Assembly (NCBI GenBank): GCA_031835245.2
Contig: JAVKOQ020000002.1
Location: 1-64,000 of the forward strand
DNA length: 64,000 nucleotides
Direction: 5' to 3'
Origin: Balamuthia mandrillaris
Lineage: Eukaryota
In this document: positions 23,089-36,270 of the stretch, piece by piece
Numbering within the stretch: position 1 is the stretch's first letter
How the letters are laid out: each line of letters begins with the position of its first letter
Notes under the pieces: model-generated
Databases searched by the model: none
Told to the model about the DNA's origin: nothing
The model's input: only the letters and a program-made list of their open reading frames with translations
Program-made: the position numbers and the translations under genes

Positions 23089-24070
23089 CTTCTGGTCACC
23101 ACAGACATCGCTACCCGGTTCACTTTCCTCCGCCCAGTCCACACCAAGACTGCCAAAGATGTGGCTCGCACCCTCTATCAAGTCGTCTCTGATTTCGGTC
23201 TCCCTAAGATCCTTCAGTCAGACTTTCCACCTCTTGCACCAATGTCACAACTTGGCCTTGGGTCATGCCAATCCCTCTCTCTCACACAACACTCACAAAG
23301 GAGAGATAAGATTGGGGTGGTTCTTGGTTTGCTCTTATTAGAAAGACCTGCTTCATTTATACAGTGAATCTCTCTAATTCTGTTATTTTCTCTTTTTTCC
23401 CCTCTTTTTCCTTCTCCCATGGTAACACAATACTTAGAGATTCTGTTGATTGGCTAATTGATGTCATCCTATTGATGAGACCAAGATCATGCCACATGAC
23501 ACAATGCACATACTATAAATGCAAGCAACAGGGTCACCTTCCATCCTCTTGCCTCAACAAGACCAACAAGAACTCATCTGGCCTGTTTGTCCTTACTACT
23601 AGTTACAACAATGATGATCCTCCCAATGATGTGCATGATGATGATGATAAAGACCCTCCTGCTACTGCTCTCAGCTACTCTTTCTTATTTGCAGTGTGAT
23701 GATGTTGACAGCTATTAAAAGTACTGCTATGCTATCAGTGAACTGGTAGAAGACTCACTTGACCATGACCTCTATGCCTCACTTTAGTAGAAGAGGGAGT
23801 GATGTTGAGAATTACTCTCAACATATTAGTTCCGTTGTCCCTTTCCTTTCTTTTCCTTTCTGTCAACATCTGCAATGTGGACCAATTGCCTATTGTCACA
23901 TTGCTAGGCTTCTTTCTTTTATTCTGTTACTTCCTTCTCTCTTTCTTTTAGGTAGTTAGTTTTGTTTTGTTTACACTACACTATCCCTTTCAACACCCTT
24001 TGTTCCCTTGTTCCCTCTTTGCATAATACATTTTGACCCCATCTGTTTGTGTTATTCACCCTTTCTAACA
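23089..24070 (+). mobile_element. Deleted Gypsy remnant: integrase fragment, knuckle remnant, PPT and 3' LTR (23803-24070)
   Basis: TDIATRFTFLRPVHTKTAKDVA..DFGLPKILQSD; YKCKQQGHLPSSC; AGAAGAGGGAGTGA followed by a TGTTG...TAACA LTR. Confidence 0.8.
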
Positions 24071-24101
24071 AAATTATATTTAATTTAAATAATACATTTA
24101 G

Positions 24102-27100
24102 TTATATTAGCAAAGCTTCAATAAGGTTTAAGTGTATAGTAAGGATTTCTTGATCTTTTTCATTTCTTTCTCTTGTTTCAAAGTCTATCCAAAGGTTATT
24201 TTCTGTTTGTTGATAATAGATAGAAGGTGATAATACTATTAAACAACTTTGACTTTGTGTTTCATCATTATTAAGTATAACTTCTTCAAAGTCAAATGGC
24301 CCAACTTTGCAATATTTTAACTTTACTTTTTCTTCATTTGTTAAAATGTACTTGGGTGATAATTTTACATAACAACCAAGCAAATTCAGTGTTTGCAATT
24401 TAGTGCAATGAGATAATAAATAGTTGATGGCAGTATTACCACTATTACAAGCTAATTGTGTGTTTCCATGAAGTATTAAAACATGAAGACTAGAATGTAA
24501 AAGAGAAAGATAAAGAAGATGATAAGGTGTAAGGTTGGTAAAGCTAAGGTCAAGAAATTCAATATGATGACAGCCTATGAATAACATTTTCCAATCATAA
24601 AAGCAACTTGCTTGTTGTAAAGGCAGTTTGTTTAAAATATTTAAGGTTGAATGTTGAGAAACTATCTTAGTTTGACCATGTAAACCCAACTAAAAGTTTG
24701 GTTTAATAGAGAAAAAATTAGAAATATAAAAAAAAGAAATACAAAAAAACAAAAAAGTAAAAACACATACATAACGGAGATTGGGACAATGCATGCTTAA
24801 TACAGTTAATAAATTAAGTGTTTTCCTATCATTATCATGGTTTGACTGCTCAAAAGCTGTGCTCATTGCCTGTGTCAATAATGGATCCAATAGTAAACAA
24901 GCTGATCTTAACTCCAATGATTGTAATTGGTCTCCACATCTCTTTAACAATGAAGCCAATCCAGCCACATGACACATTGCAAAGCTAAGGTTGATATGCA
25001 TTAAATTGTTGTATTCATTTAATGAGTTGGCAATAGCACTAAGCAAATATCCATAATTATCTTTCAAGCCAGTCAAGTCCAATGAGCAAATATTGCCACA
25101 AGAAGGTAGAAAGATGAAGAAATGGCAAGGTTGCAAGTAAAGAGGTTCTGTTGGAACAAATGAAGTTTCAAGCAATGGAGATTGCAGTGATGATATTGTG
25201 TGAAAAAGGATGTAATCTAAGCATTGCTCTTTGAGATCAGTAGGAAGCATTCGTTGAATGAGAGCAGCATTGGGCAGGTATCGTACTAAAGTGTCAATGC
25301 ATAGTGTTGAAAGAGAGGGGAATGAAGGCAATGAGAGAGAAGAATGAGCTGATTGTGTTTCAAGTTCTTCGTTGCCAGGGAGACAAGATGAAATATAATC
25401 ATCAAGCAAAGGTACTGATAGTAAAGAACAGACAAGAGATGGTCGTTTCTTTGATAGTGTGGCAGTAAGAAAACGTTGCTCCTGTTGAATACAAAAGGCC
25501 TCAAAAGCTTGCACATCTCCCAATGTTGAAGAAAAGTGATAAGTAGTAGATGCTGAAGGGAGAGGAAGAGGAACCAGTGGACTTCCAGAGCCAACCACCC
25601 AAACTACACCTCTATTCTTGTCTGCAACAAGGCAAGCTACAGAAGGATGAATTCTCTTAACAGTGCTGCCATTGCCAGAAAGTGCAGCTACTTTAGGGAG
25701 TTTGTAGCTGTGAAAGATATGGCCTGGGTGATTCATTGATAGCATCACCACTGTTCCATTGCACAGCAATACAATACATTCTTCTACTTCCTTTTTAATC
25801 CTTACTGTTTGGTCGTTTTGTTCCTGATATTTAACTTGTTGAGGCTCACTCTGTAGTGAAACAATGAGCATTGCCTGAATGAATGCACCATGCACAAAAG
25901 GGTATTCCGTTGTTGCATCCTCACACTGCATGTATAAACAAAAAAAAAAGTAAACAAGGATGCAACACAAAGCACATAGTATAAAATCTTACTTGATACT
26001 GGGTGCAACTTGGTACTTTATCACCAAACACAAGCAACCACTGCTGTATTCCAGTTTGAAGGTTGATACATTCCAAGCTCCCACACTGGTAGAAACCATA
26101 ACGAACCAACTTGGTTCTGCTTTCATTAATCACTTCCAAATGAAAGTTTCCAACAGGTAGCAAAGGTCTTGTTGTTTTCGTCCAGTTCAGCTTCTTTTTC
26201 TTTTTTACATACTTGCATTCCTTCTCTTTGTCACCTCCTTTTCCATTCTCTTTTTCTTCTTTAAATGTTGCAACATGTTGAACAAAATTACATGGTGTAA
26301 TATGTGTAACTGTTACCACTTCTTTCGTCTTGTGCTTGGTTTCTGCCATCAGAGTCCAATCAAGAAGGAGTTGACCTTCATCTAAGGAGTGCTGAGTACA
26401 AATTCTTCCTTGCTCTTTCCAGCGCATGAGTGCAGAATCAAAACGAAGCAACGTTGCAACATGATTTTTATCAGGTTGCCACAAAAGGATCCAGTGTCGA
26501 TCTGAAGAACAGCAATACCCTCGAGAAGCAGATAATGAAGAAGTAGCAGCACAAGAAGAGGCATCACTCTCAACATAAAATGGTACCAGAGTACATGTCA
26601 GGTCTTCCCAACATACCGACATCAGTTGGTGAGAATTGTCACTGCTGTCATTACAGAACAAAGGCAATTCATCACTTTGCTCCAAGTTTAACTCACTCCT
26701 CTTCCCGGTATTCTTGGTAATCTTTGCTTTCAAATATCCCCTGGAAACGCTTTGTACAGGCACAGCAAAGTCAGTTTGTTCTGGTTCTGCTGTTGGGTAA
26801 AGAAATGATTTATGTAAGTTATCAACAGTCTTAACACAAACAAGAGAGATGAAAATAAAACCTGGAAACTGCTTTTCATTTGACAAATAAAGCTGCCACT
26901 TGGTAAGAATACCATTAATAGAAAAGGTAATTGCTTCTGTTCCATTTGTGTTGAGAATCATCCACCTAATGCCTATAGTTGCAGGAACTACGTGCTTTGC
27001 CCCTTCTTCACCCATTGAATCCATCAACGCAGACGAGATGAGAGATAAGTACAACCCATTTTGTTGACCTATCAAGAACATAAGGGTTAGCAAAAGCGTC

Positions 27101-28510
27101 CTATGAACAAGAAGAATAGAGGATACCTGTGGTTAATCTTTCATGCTCTTGCATTCTCTGCTTATGGACAATAGAATGCCGTTCCATAAGGTTCCGGAAA
27201 TGGCCTTTGCCACATGACTCTCCAAAATGGGCTGAGCACTCACCATCAGCGCCACAAAGGTAGGGGTCTGCTCCTTTCTCCATCAACCATCTCAACACCT
27301 CTTCAAAATGGTCAAAATCAGAATCTTCATGACATTGATCAAGCTGTTTTCATGAACCAACAGAATGAGTGAAACAGAATGGAAGAGAAAGAATGACCAA
27401 GAAAACAAAGACCTAAGAAAGAGACAGCTAAGGCAAACCTTTCTATGATAGTAAAAGCCCATGTCTTTCCCATTAGAAAGCAAAAGTCGCAAAGGTTGAG
27501 CTTTGAGTGCTGACCAACAATTCAGCCAATGCTCAAAGTACTGTGGAACGTATTCACTAAGAGCTTTCAATGCTGTTTTGGCGCAAGATGTAAAACCTGG
27601 ACCGCAGATCACATGTAATAATGACACTTTCATGTTTGCGCTGAGCAAGTGATGTGCCCCATTCCATCCAACTGAAGAAGGAGAAGATGAAGAAGAAGAG
27701 GGTCCCGAAGGCTTCGGGACAACAGTGGACAGAAGGAGACGAAACGCAGGCATGTTTTCTTCAACAAGGGCTAGCAACACAGGAGGAAGGGGTTCATCCA
27801 TATCTATTGGCAAACCTAAGTAAGCAACCAAAAAAGAGAGCGAGAGAGAGAATAGACAGGAAAGACGACAAGAGCATATCGAGTGGGGGGGAAAAAAAGA
27901 GAAGAAGGGAGTACGTACCACTAGGACTCAGCAAACGATGCAACGCAACATCATTTGGAGTCACTCGGGCACAAGTGTCCTCTGGGGAAGCCCTCCACCG
28001 CTGCAACAAGTACCTCAACACCGCCTCATCCACACGATGCATCACCGCGTAGTGCAATACGTTCCATCCTCTCTGCCTGCACTTGGCTGACAGAAGTCTC
28101 CCTTCGCTATTGTTATTGCCCGACAATAACAGTTCGATGCAACGCAGCTGAAACTCCGTTCTCGCTTTCCCTCGCCGCGGTTTGTTCTCTCCTCTTCGCA
28201 GCTTCACAACAATGGCGGTCGAGGTTGTGGTAAGCCCACAGCGAGCTTCCCATTCCAACAAAAAGTCCTGAAAGTAACTGAACTCTTGCCTCCAGGGGCT
28301 GTCCACTCCCATCACCACCATCAAAGGGGTCAGGTCTTCTTCCTTGTCTTGCTGCCGTTTTATGTTTTCAGCGTCATCCCTTCTTCTTCCTTTTCTTGGC
28401 TTGTATTTCTTTTGTATGGTTTGTTGTTCTAGCACACGTTGAACCGAGTGGAGTTGGCGAGAGAGAATGGCTTTGAACAGTTGATTGCAAGGGGCAGCAG
28501 AGTTGCTCAT
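24102..28510 (-). CDS. Multi-exon ankyrin-repeat + C-terminal leucine-rich-repeat protein
   Basis: LTPLM, GWNVLHYAV and WLMEKGADP ankyrin motifs; LxxLDL/INLS/LDLS LRR motifs; long exons joined by GT-AG introns. Could be two genes. Confidence 0.7.
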
Positions 28511-28917
28511 CTTCTTCTTTCCGCTTGTTTTTTTTTTTTTCCGCTTACAAGCACAACAAAGTTTTCTCCTTTCGCCCTGTGCTGCAGTTTCAGGTAATGC
28601 AATTAATTTTGCTGCACAGCAGAAACGGAGCCCAAACTGGGCAGCCTATCAGCCCAACGGAAATGAGCCTTTGTCTGCCCAACCACTTTTTGGCAAGTCA
28701 AGGCTTACCAGCCATTATCACCCAGATGCTAGAGGACCACGAGCAGACAAGAACAAGAAGAACAACAAAGAAGAATAAACGAGAATCACAACAAAGAAGA
28801 ACCAGATGCGGAAGAGCAGAAACTTGAAGAAAGAAGAAGAGTTTGATCGTAGACTGCAAAGAAGAGTAAGACCAAACAGTAAGCTGAAGGTATTGTTGTT
28901 TATTTTTTTTCCCAACA

Positions 28918-29460
28918 TTAGTTATTGACGGAAGAAGAAGCATCACTATCAAAGCTCGGCAGTACATAGCCGTGTACAACGTTTGACTGGCTTCCGTGGC
29001 TAGCCTCTTCCTTAAGCGCTTTGTAATAGTCTTCAAGAGTAGAACATAACTCTTGGAATGTTGGTCTTCAATAATGCAACACATTTGTTAGCCAATTATA
29101 AAAGCAAAAAATGAGGAGCAGTCATACCTGTCTGCAGGGTCTTCTGCCCAACACTTAGTCATCAACTGTTTCATCACATCATCTTCGTTTTCCCTTATTG
29201 GTAAGCGCTTTCCTATGATAGTAACATTAACAGAGGAATGTGCATCATGAGTACCCAAAATCGATTAGTTGTTCTAGCGTACCTTGTTCTACAACTGCCA
29301 TAGCAGTGCCTAAAGCATCGGTGCCTGACCAGGGTTCTTGTCTTGTGCAAAGCTCCCAAAGGAATACACCAAATGAAAAGCTATCAGTAGCTCTACTGTA
29401 CTTGCGGTGCCGTATGGCTTCTGGTGCCATCCACTGTTCGTAATAAGGATGTATGAGAAC

Positions 29461-29496
<36 letters not shown>

Positions 29497-32322
29497 AGAA
29501 AGAGAATTACTTTTACGGGACCAAGGTCACTCCGGGTTGTTTGATATAACTTCTGCAGAACACGCGAAAGGCCAAAATCTCCTACCACCGCTTTGTAGTG
29601 CTTACAAACAAGGACATTTCTCGCCGCAACATCTTGACAATGATAATAGCAGGGTAAGAACAAATTACATAATGGTTCCAAGAAGATAACAAAAGGGTAC
29701 CTCGATGCACCATGTTCATCGAATGTAGGTAACGAAGACCTCTGGCCGTGTCACGAGCGATTCGCACAACTAGTTCCCAAGGAATATCCGTTTTCTTGGT
29801 TTTGGGATGAATGAGCAAGTCGTAGGCGGACCCATATTTAGCCCATTTCGTCACAAGACACAATCGTTCTCCTCTGCTCATAACACCAAACAACGTTACG
29901 CAATGATTCTTCTTTCCTCCTAATTGGCTAAAAGTAATGTCACAGGAGTCAATAATTTAGGGTAGAAAAGAATGAGGAAGGGAGAAGAGTAGTGGAGATA
30001 GGGAGGGAGAGAGAGAGAGAGAGGAGAGAGGAGAGAGAGAGAGAGAGAGAGAGAGCAGAGAGAGAAGGCACGTACTGCATTATCAAAGCCTCTCTCCTGA
30101 ACTCTTCCTTGATGTCTTCATCAAGAACAACAGAACTGCTGACTTTCACAGCACATTTTTTGCCTTTCCAAAAGCCCTTGAAGATAGTCCCAAAAGTTCC
30201 TGACGCAACGGGCTTTTTATCGAGATACGTCACTTCTTCCTCTGGAATCTCTAAGATATCACGAGACGTGCCAGCAATCGGATTTTCCAAGTCGTCCGCT
30301 GAAGCCCTTTCTTCTACTACTGTCCTTTGTTCATACTTTTCTGCTTCTTCTTCTTTTTCTTTTCCTTTCGCTTTTTCATTCTCTATCTCTTTTGTTGAGG
30401 TTTTAAGGTCATCTTTTGGGCAAAGAGCAGTAAGGTTCCTCGTTGAGTGAGCGTAGACCTCGTTGGTGGGTGACATCATTGCCGATGCTGCCTTCTTCTT
30501 ACGCTTTCGTCTCAAGATGATGGCCAACACAACGCCAGCCACAATAACACAAAGCAACACCACCACCAACGGTATTGTTACTCCAACGATTACCCCCGTA
30601 TTGTCCGAATCCTCGCTACTCTTTTCGGCTGCAACGGCACTGCTGCTACTGTCGCTGTCGCTCGCTTGATTGCTAGAGTCGCTTGTGCTGTGTGTAGAAT
30701 CGGTACTGCTACTCTCATCACAACCAAGAATGCATGGATCAGAAAAGATTCGAGCCGATACGGCATGATTGTCCCCATCACTGCCATTCTTCCACGTTAC
30801 CATGAAATCCCCAGTGCTCAAAGAGATCACCTTAGGTCCGTTTTGAGCTCCCAAGAGGTGGTTATCATTCACAAGAAGGTCCTCGTCCAACAAAGCAGTG
30901 CCCTCGTTATCAAACACCTGCATGTACACGTCCTGCAGCGTGTCTGTTTGGCTTTCCCATGCCACCACAAAGCCGCCATGTTTCAACGCCCCAACAGAAA
31001 CACCCGTCTGGCTCCTATCTCTGATGGTGTTGGCCTCCCTTGGCGTTATAAGCGCTATAATATACAAATGACAGAATCAGCGTTTTCGTGCTTCCCATTT
31101 TCTCTTTACTCTGCTTCTCAGGGTAGGAGTAATTTACCAATCCCATCACGATCGAACAGTTGAATCATCACGTCTCTCTCTCCGGCCTGCTCCGCGTCCT
31201 TATCTTCATAAGCTACAACCCATTTGCCGTTAGCAAGCGTTGCCAAAGCTGCCTTGCGAGCACCTTCTCGTCCTTCAAGTTCCCTGGGAGATCCCAATGA
31301 GGAGAAGTCTGGGTTAAACGATTGAAGTACCAATTTGTTGTCACCGTCCTCTTCAATGATGCTGTACACGCAATGAATGACGTTGACATTGGTACCAGCC
31401 GGAATGACGCATTCTGTCCTCATGTTGTCGTTGTCCAGGTTGCCAGTTATGTTGAAGATTGGAGTAAAGTCCTCGCCAGCACCAGGATATGATCGTCCCA
31501 TAAATGTGTCTTTATGTACCGAGCATGAGCATGAGCAAGAAAGAAAGAAAGAAAAATGAAAGAAGAAAGCGCACAAAGTGGAGCTTCCGCAAGCCACCAC
31601 GAGAGGAATGCTCCTTCGTTGAAATCAGAATAAACCTTCAAGTCAAACGGATTATGGAGGGCTAGTGAGCGCGGTCTATTAACACGAGCACCAGGGTTCT
31701 CTGACAGACGAAACTGGTTAGTGGTTACGCTGAAGTTTGGTGGAAGCGGTTCGTTCCATTCGTACTCGTTCCCCTCTTCATCATATCTACAAAGCAGGTA
31801 TTTTACATTAGTGAATCTTACCAGAAAGAGAAGGAGGGGAAAAGAGAGAATCAGAGAACCGCTTGTAAACGTCACGCAAGGTGGTTGGAGAGGTGGTTGG
31901 AGTGGACTCCCAGGAAACAAGGTAACCGCCATCGCTGAGGGCAATGACAAAGGGCTCGTTTGACGTATCTGGAGCCAAATTGGTCTCATCCAATAGTTGT
32001 TGTGCTGTTTTGTCGAAACGCTTCATGTACACCTCTTCATTTGAGGAGAAGGGGTCAGGTCATATTGAAGGTGTGAGTAAAAATCCTTACCTTCTCCACC
32101 ACCAGGCAGTTCCCGTCCGTAGACCACGATAATGTCCCCACTCTTCAAAACTGTTACGCTGGCTTCCTTTCCATTCTCTACCAGCAGGAAGGTCGGCCCT
32201 CCTTCCAAGTCAATCGTCTGCCGCTTTCTTTCCGAGAAGCTTTTGCTGCTTCCCAAAGCTATGGCCGAGCATAATACCGGAATGGCCAACACAACGAACA
32301 GCAGTGTTTGTGCTGCCTTCAT
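28918..32322 (-). CDS. Receptor tyrosine-kinase-like protein (signal peptide, repeat ectodomain, TM helix, kinase)
   Basis: MKAAQTLLFVVLAIPVLC signal; TM VIVGVTIPLVVVLLCVIVAGVVLAIIL-RRKRKKK; spliced HR-DVAARN, DFGLSR, GPVK-WMAPE, DSFSFG; last exon RPTFQELC. Confidence 0.9.
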
Positions 32323-32529
32323 CTGCTTGCTTCCCCGCTTTCTTAACCGCCCAAAATGCCAGCTTATGGTTACGTATCGGGTCTTCTCATGTCCCAGAGA
32401 TCAAAGTTACGACAAGGCGCTATCTCGCGCGGAAGTGTCTCCAAATGCAGGCACACAGATTGTTATAATGAAAAAGCTAATAAATCAAATGAAATCTGTC
32501 CCTTTTTTTAAAACAAAAAAAAATGAGTT

Positions 32530-32824
32530 TTACTTGGCGGCCAGCACGGTCAAGAACTCAGCAAAAAGAGAGCGGAGTTGCTGCTCAAGTTTCGTTTTGA
32601 ACGTCTGGCTATCCCCGTTTACACCCGTCTCATGTTTCACTTGGACTTCAAAGCTGTTGTCGTCGGACGCAGCTTCTAGGTGCACAGTTCCTTTCGAACT
32701 TTTAGCATTGAGCTCTCCTTCCCACTCCAGCTTTATCTGCAAGTCATACCCTGTTCGCTTCTTCCCATGCAAAAATAGTACACTTGCCTGTGGTTTGTTA
32801 AAAGGAGTGAGGTATTGCGTGGAA

Positions 32825-32873
<49 letters not shown>

Positions 32874-33228
32874 AGAGAAGGAAGAGAGAAGAGTGACAGC
32901 TAACGTACGTCACCAGAGGCGGATTTTGTATTGAAGGTTACCCAGCCATCTTCAAACTCCACCTTCCGATCCGACCACTGTTCTTTCAGATAGGCAGAAG
33001 CCCACTTAGAGTAGTCCCTCTCTTCCCTAACAAAAGTGAAGTCGGTTAAGCCCAAATCGAGAGTGTAAAAAGAAACGCATCTCCATCAAAAAAAAAAAAA
33101 AAAAAAAGACACCAGAGATCAGGAAGGAACCAAAAAAGCAAAAGTTGTGAGGGAAGAAACCGTAGGACAGCTTGGTGACTGGATACTCACCAACTCCAAG
33201 CACCTTGGTTCCATGCAGACTGTGCCAT
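32530..33228 (-). CDS. Aha1 N-terminal-domain protein (Hch1-like Hsp90 co-chaperone)
   Basis: Spliced MAQSAWNQGAWSW-EERDYSKWA resembles NxNNWHWxEKD; GKKRTGYDLQIKLEWEG; three exons. Confidence 0.8.
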
Positions 33229-33428
33229 TGACACAACACTCCTGGTGGTTTGTACACTTGTGCTTCTCTCTCTGCTCTCGCCAAACCAACAAACACCGAA
33301 GAACAGGAAGACCAACAAAGAAAAGGCTGGCACTCGGCAGGCTAATAGATCCAACCGGAAAAATGAAATCAAATTTTCCGGTTCTCACTTCGTAAAAATT
33401 TTCAGATTTTGTTGTGTCGACATGACAG

Positions 33429-34979
33429 TTAGCCAACCCTCGCTCTCTTCCTGTTGGCTTCCTGTTCGTCGTTTTCTTCTTCTTTGTTTTTCTGGGCATT
33501 GTTGTTGTTTTGTGTTTCTTCTCCTTCTTCTTCTTTTTCTGCACGGTCATCTTCATCGTCCTCTCTTTTTCGTTTGCTGGTGCTGCTGGCATTGGTGGCG
33601 GCATTGATGGTCGTCGTAGAATTCCTTGCTGAAGTTTTGCTCTTAGAAGAGCGACCAAAGACACCAAGGTTATGCACCACTGGTTGGCTGGACGAAGAAG
33701 AAGAAGCGGAGGGAGAAGCTGTGGAAGAAGATGCAGAGGTGTCAGAAGGTTCTGCCGCTAATTGGTGGCACACTTCACCCAATGCTTCCCGCAACTTCCT
33801 TTGTTCTTCTGTTGGCTTAGCCTCTTTCTCGTCCTCCAAAGCTTTTATCTTTGATACAAAAAGAGAAAATAAATATTAGACGTTCATTTTGAGGAGAAAT
33901 ATCGATCCTCTCATACCTTCTCTGCCAAACTGGCCAGTTTTTCTTGCAACTGTGTAACCTTTTGTGGTTGGTCACCTTCTGTGGCCTCTGTCTCTTTGCC
34001 TTTGTCCTTCTCTCCACTCTTTTGCTCCTGCGATGTTACTGCTGTGGCGTTGTCGAGTGCGAGTTGTATCACTTTCAGTGCTTCTCTGTATTGCTGAATA
34101 GCCTCGTCGTGTTGCTCCAAGTCAGAATGTAACGTGCCTCTGACTTCGAGCAGCTCAGCGATGCGCAGATCGTGGCTCGGCAGCGCCTCTCTGAGGAGCT
34201 CCTCAGCAGTCCCGTATTCCTTGAGGGCATCGTCGGAGTTGCCCGTGTCTTGGCTAAATACTCCCAACAGCTTGTGAACTTGGGCAAGTTCGACCTTGTG
34301 GGCTTCTGACTTGCTGTAAATGACACGAGCGGTCTCCAAGATCTCCCAAACCAATTGCAGCGTCTCTTCCAATGCATTTCCTGTTTCAGACAGAGAACAG
34401 GAAAGTTGAGAAGAGACGAGAAGAGACAGAGAACAAATGAGGGAGAGAGAGAGGGAGAGAGAGAGAGAGAGGAACTTCATACGATCATTCTCTTCCTCTT
34501 CGGCGTCAAGCTCCTCTGCACTCTCTTTATCCTGCAGTCTGCGGATAAGGGCTCGGGAGAGAAAGTCGCGCTGTTCGCGCTTGGCTCCTTGCACCAGAGC
34601 AAGGCCATAATTGTAATAATCTGGCGCTATTTCAAGGGCCACTTCGCCGTACTTTGCCACCCTAAAGCACAGGAAAGTAGGCCTTTGTTACCAACGTGTT
34701 TCGTGCTGTATGAATTTTTAGACAACAAACCCGAACGCACCTTATTTCAAGGGCCTTGGAGAAGGCTTCTTGAGCGGCCTCGTACTCGCCGTTGCTCATC
34801 AGGGCGTGCCCATCTCTCGTTTTTCGTTCAGCCTCCTGCAAAAGCTCTTCGGTCACCTCACCGCTCAACAGTGCAGCGCTGCCCTCCTCCCCTTCTTCCT
34901 CCTCCTCCTCCAACGCCTCCTCCTCTTCCACTTCTTCAGCAGCAGGTCTTTCGTTACACTTTTCTTCCTGCCCTTCCAT
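33429..34979 (-). CDS. NASP/Sim3-family SHNi-TPR histone chaperone
   Basis: KYGEVALEIAPDYYNYGLAL; LQLVWEILETARVIY; acidic insertions; C-terminal KRKR-type NLS. Confidence 0.85.
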
Positions 34980-35158
34980 GGTGCCTTGCTTTTGCTCTCT
35001 TCCTTCCTTGTTCGTTTTTGTCGGTTGCGTTTTTTCCCGCAATTTAATTTTTGGCGGGAAGGGCCTGAGGGGGCACTATTCATTAATAATAATAAATATC
35101 GAATTTTCTTGGAAATTTTATTAACAACGAATAGGAAATCAAACAGATTGTCGACACA

Positions 35159-36153
35159 TCACAAAGCCCAACGAGCAAGCCACTCCTTGCCTTCCCGACC
35201 AGCGTGGCTGAGGTGCGGCGGGACTGGGGCTATCTCCTCCACCAACGAGAAACCTTGTGGCTTCAAAAGCCCAAAGACCAGCTCGGTGGACATGGCGTAA
35301 GGAGGTCCTCCCTCTTTCTCCATGACGGGAAAGATGAGCGTGATCAACTCTCCGCCTGGCTTCAGCAGTCGCTTCATCTGGGCCGCCCAGTCCTGCCTTT
35401 TCTGTGGCGGGATGGCACACAGGAAAGTGTAGTCGAATATCAGGTCAAAACGTTCCTGCTCCTCTGATTGATGCATCTTGAAGAAGTCGTGGAGACGGAT
35501 CTCGGCCTTGTCTCGTAATTCGGAGGGCAACTGCTGGTCGAGATAGTGTTGGGCGGCATTAATCGCTGAGTTGGAGATCTCCAAACCAACGCACTTCTCC
35601 GTTGCTACCCCTTTCTTCACAAAGCTGGCCAGGTCGTAACCTCTTCCACATCCTGTTAAGCCAAGAGAGAACTGTAGAGTTAGAGATGAGGTCACCCGCC
35701 CCTAAATAAAAAACAAACACACGAACCAGGCACAAGCACCCGTCCTTTGGGCAATGGTGGATCAGCTGTGTCTATGAGGTGCAACAAGGCAAGGGAAGAT
35801 CGCTCCGCATCAAACCGTTGGCCTGGCTTCAAACCTCCATCCTGGGTCCACATGCCCTCCCACCTTTCCACCTCCTCCTGCTCTAGCCCCTTCACCTCCT
35901 CCCCTGTGCTCTTCGCCTCCGCTTCCATGTTCATCCGTTGTGGCTTCTTCTCGCTGTTGGTGCTGATGTTGTGCTTGGCGCTGTGAAAGTGCTGACGTTT
36001 GCGAAAGAAAGGCGTGGCGCGGCAGGTTTGGGGTTGGTTGCGGCCGATTGAGATATTTAAACTACGCGACAGCGAAGCGACTACGAAAGGTCGCCGCGGG
36101 ACAACAAAGGATGACGAAGCGTTATAACACGCCGATACGCCCTTGCTTCTCAT
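35159..36153 (-). CDS. Thiol/halide methyltransferase (TPMT/HOL family), possible mitochondrial presequence
   Basis: GRVLVPG-CGRGYD, FDLIFDYTFLCAIPP, LKPGGELITLIFP, GGPPY, GREGKEWLARW; one intron. Confidence 0.9.
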
Positions 36154-36270
36154 TCGCCAAGTGGGCTCCTTCCTTTCTTTCCCTTCCTTTCTGTCGCCCT
36201 TTTCTGTTTTCTCCTTTCTTTCTTTTTCTTTTGAGAACCGAAAACATGCTGCGTGTTTTTATTGTTTTTT

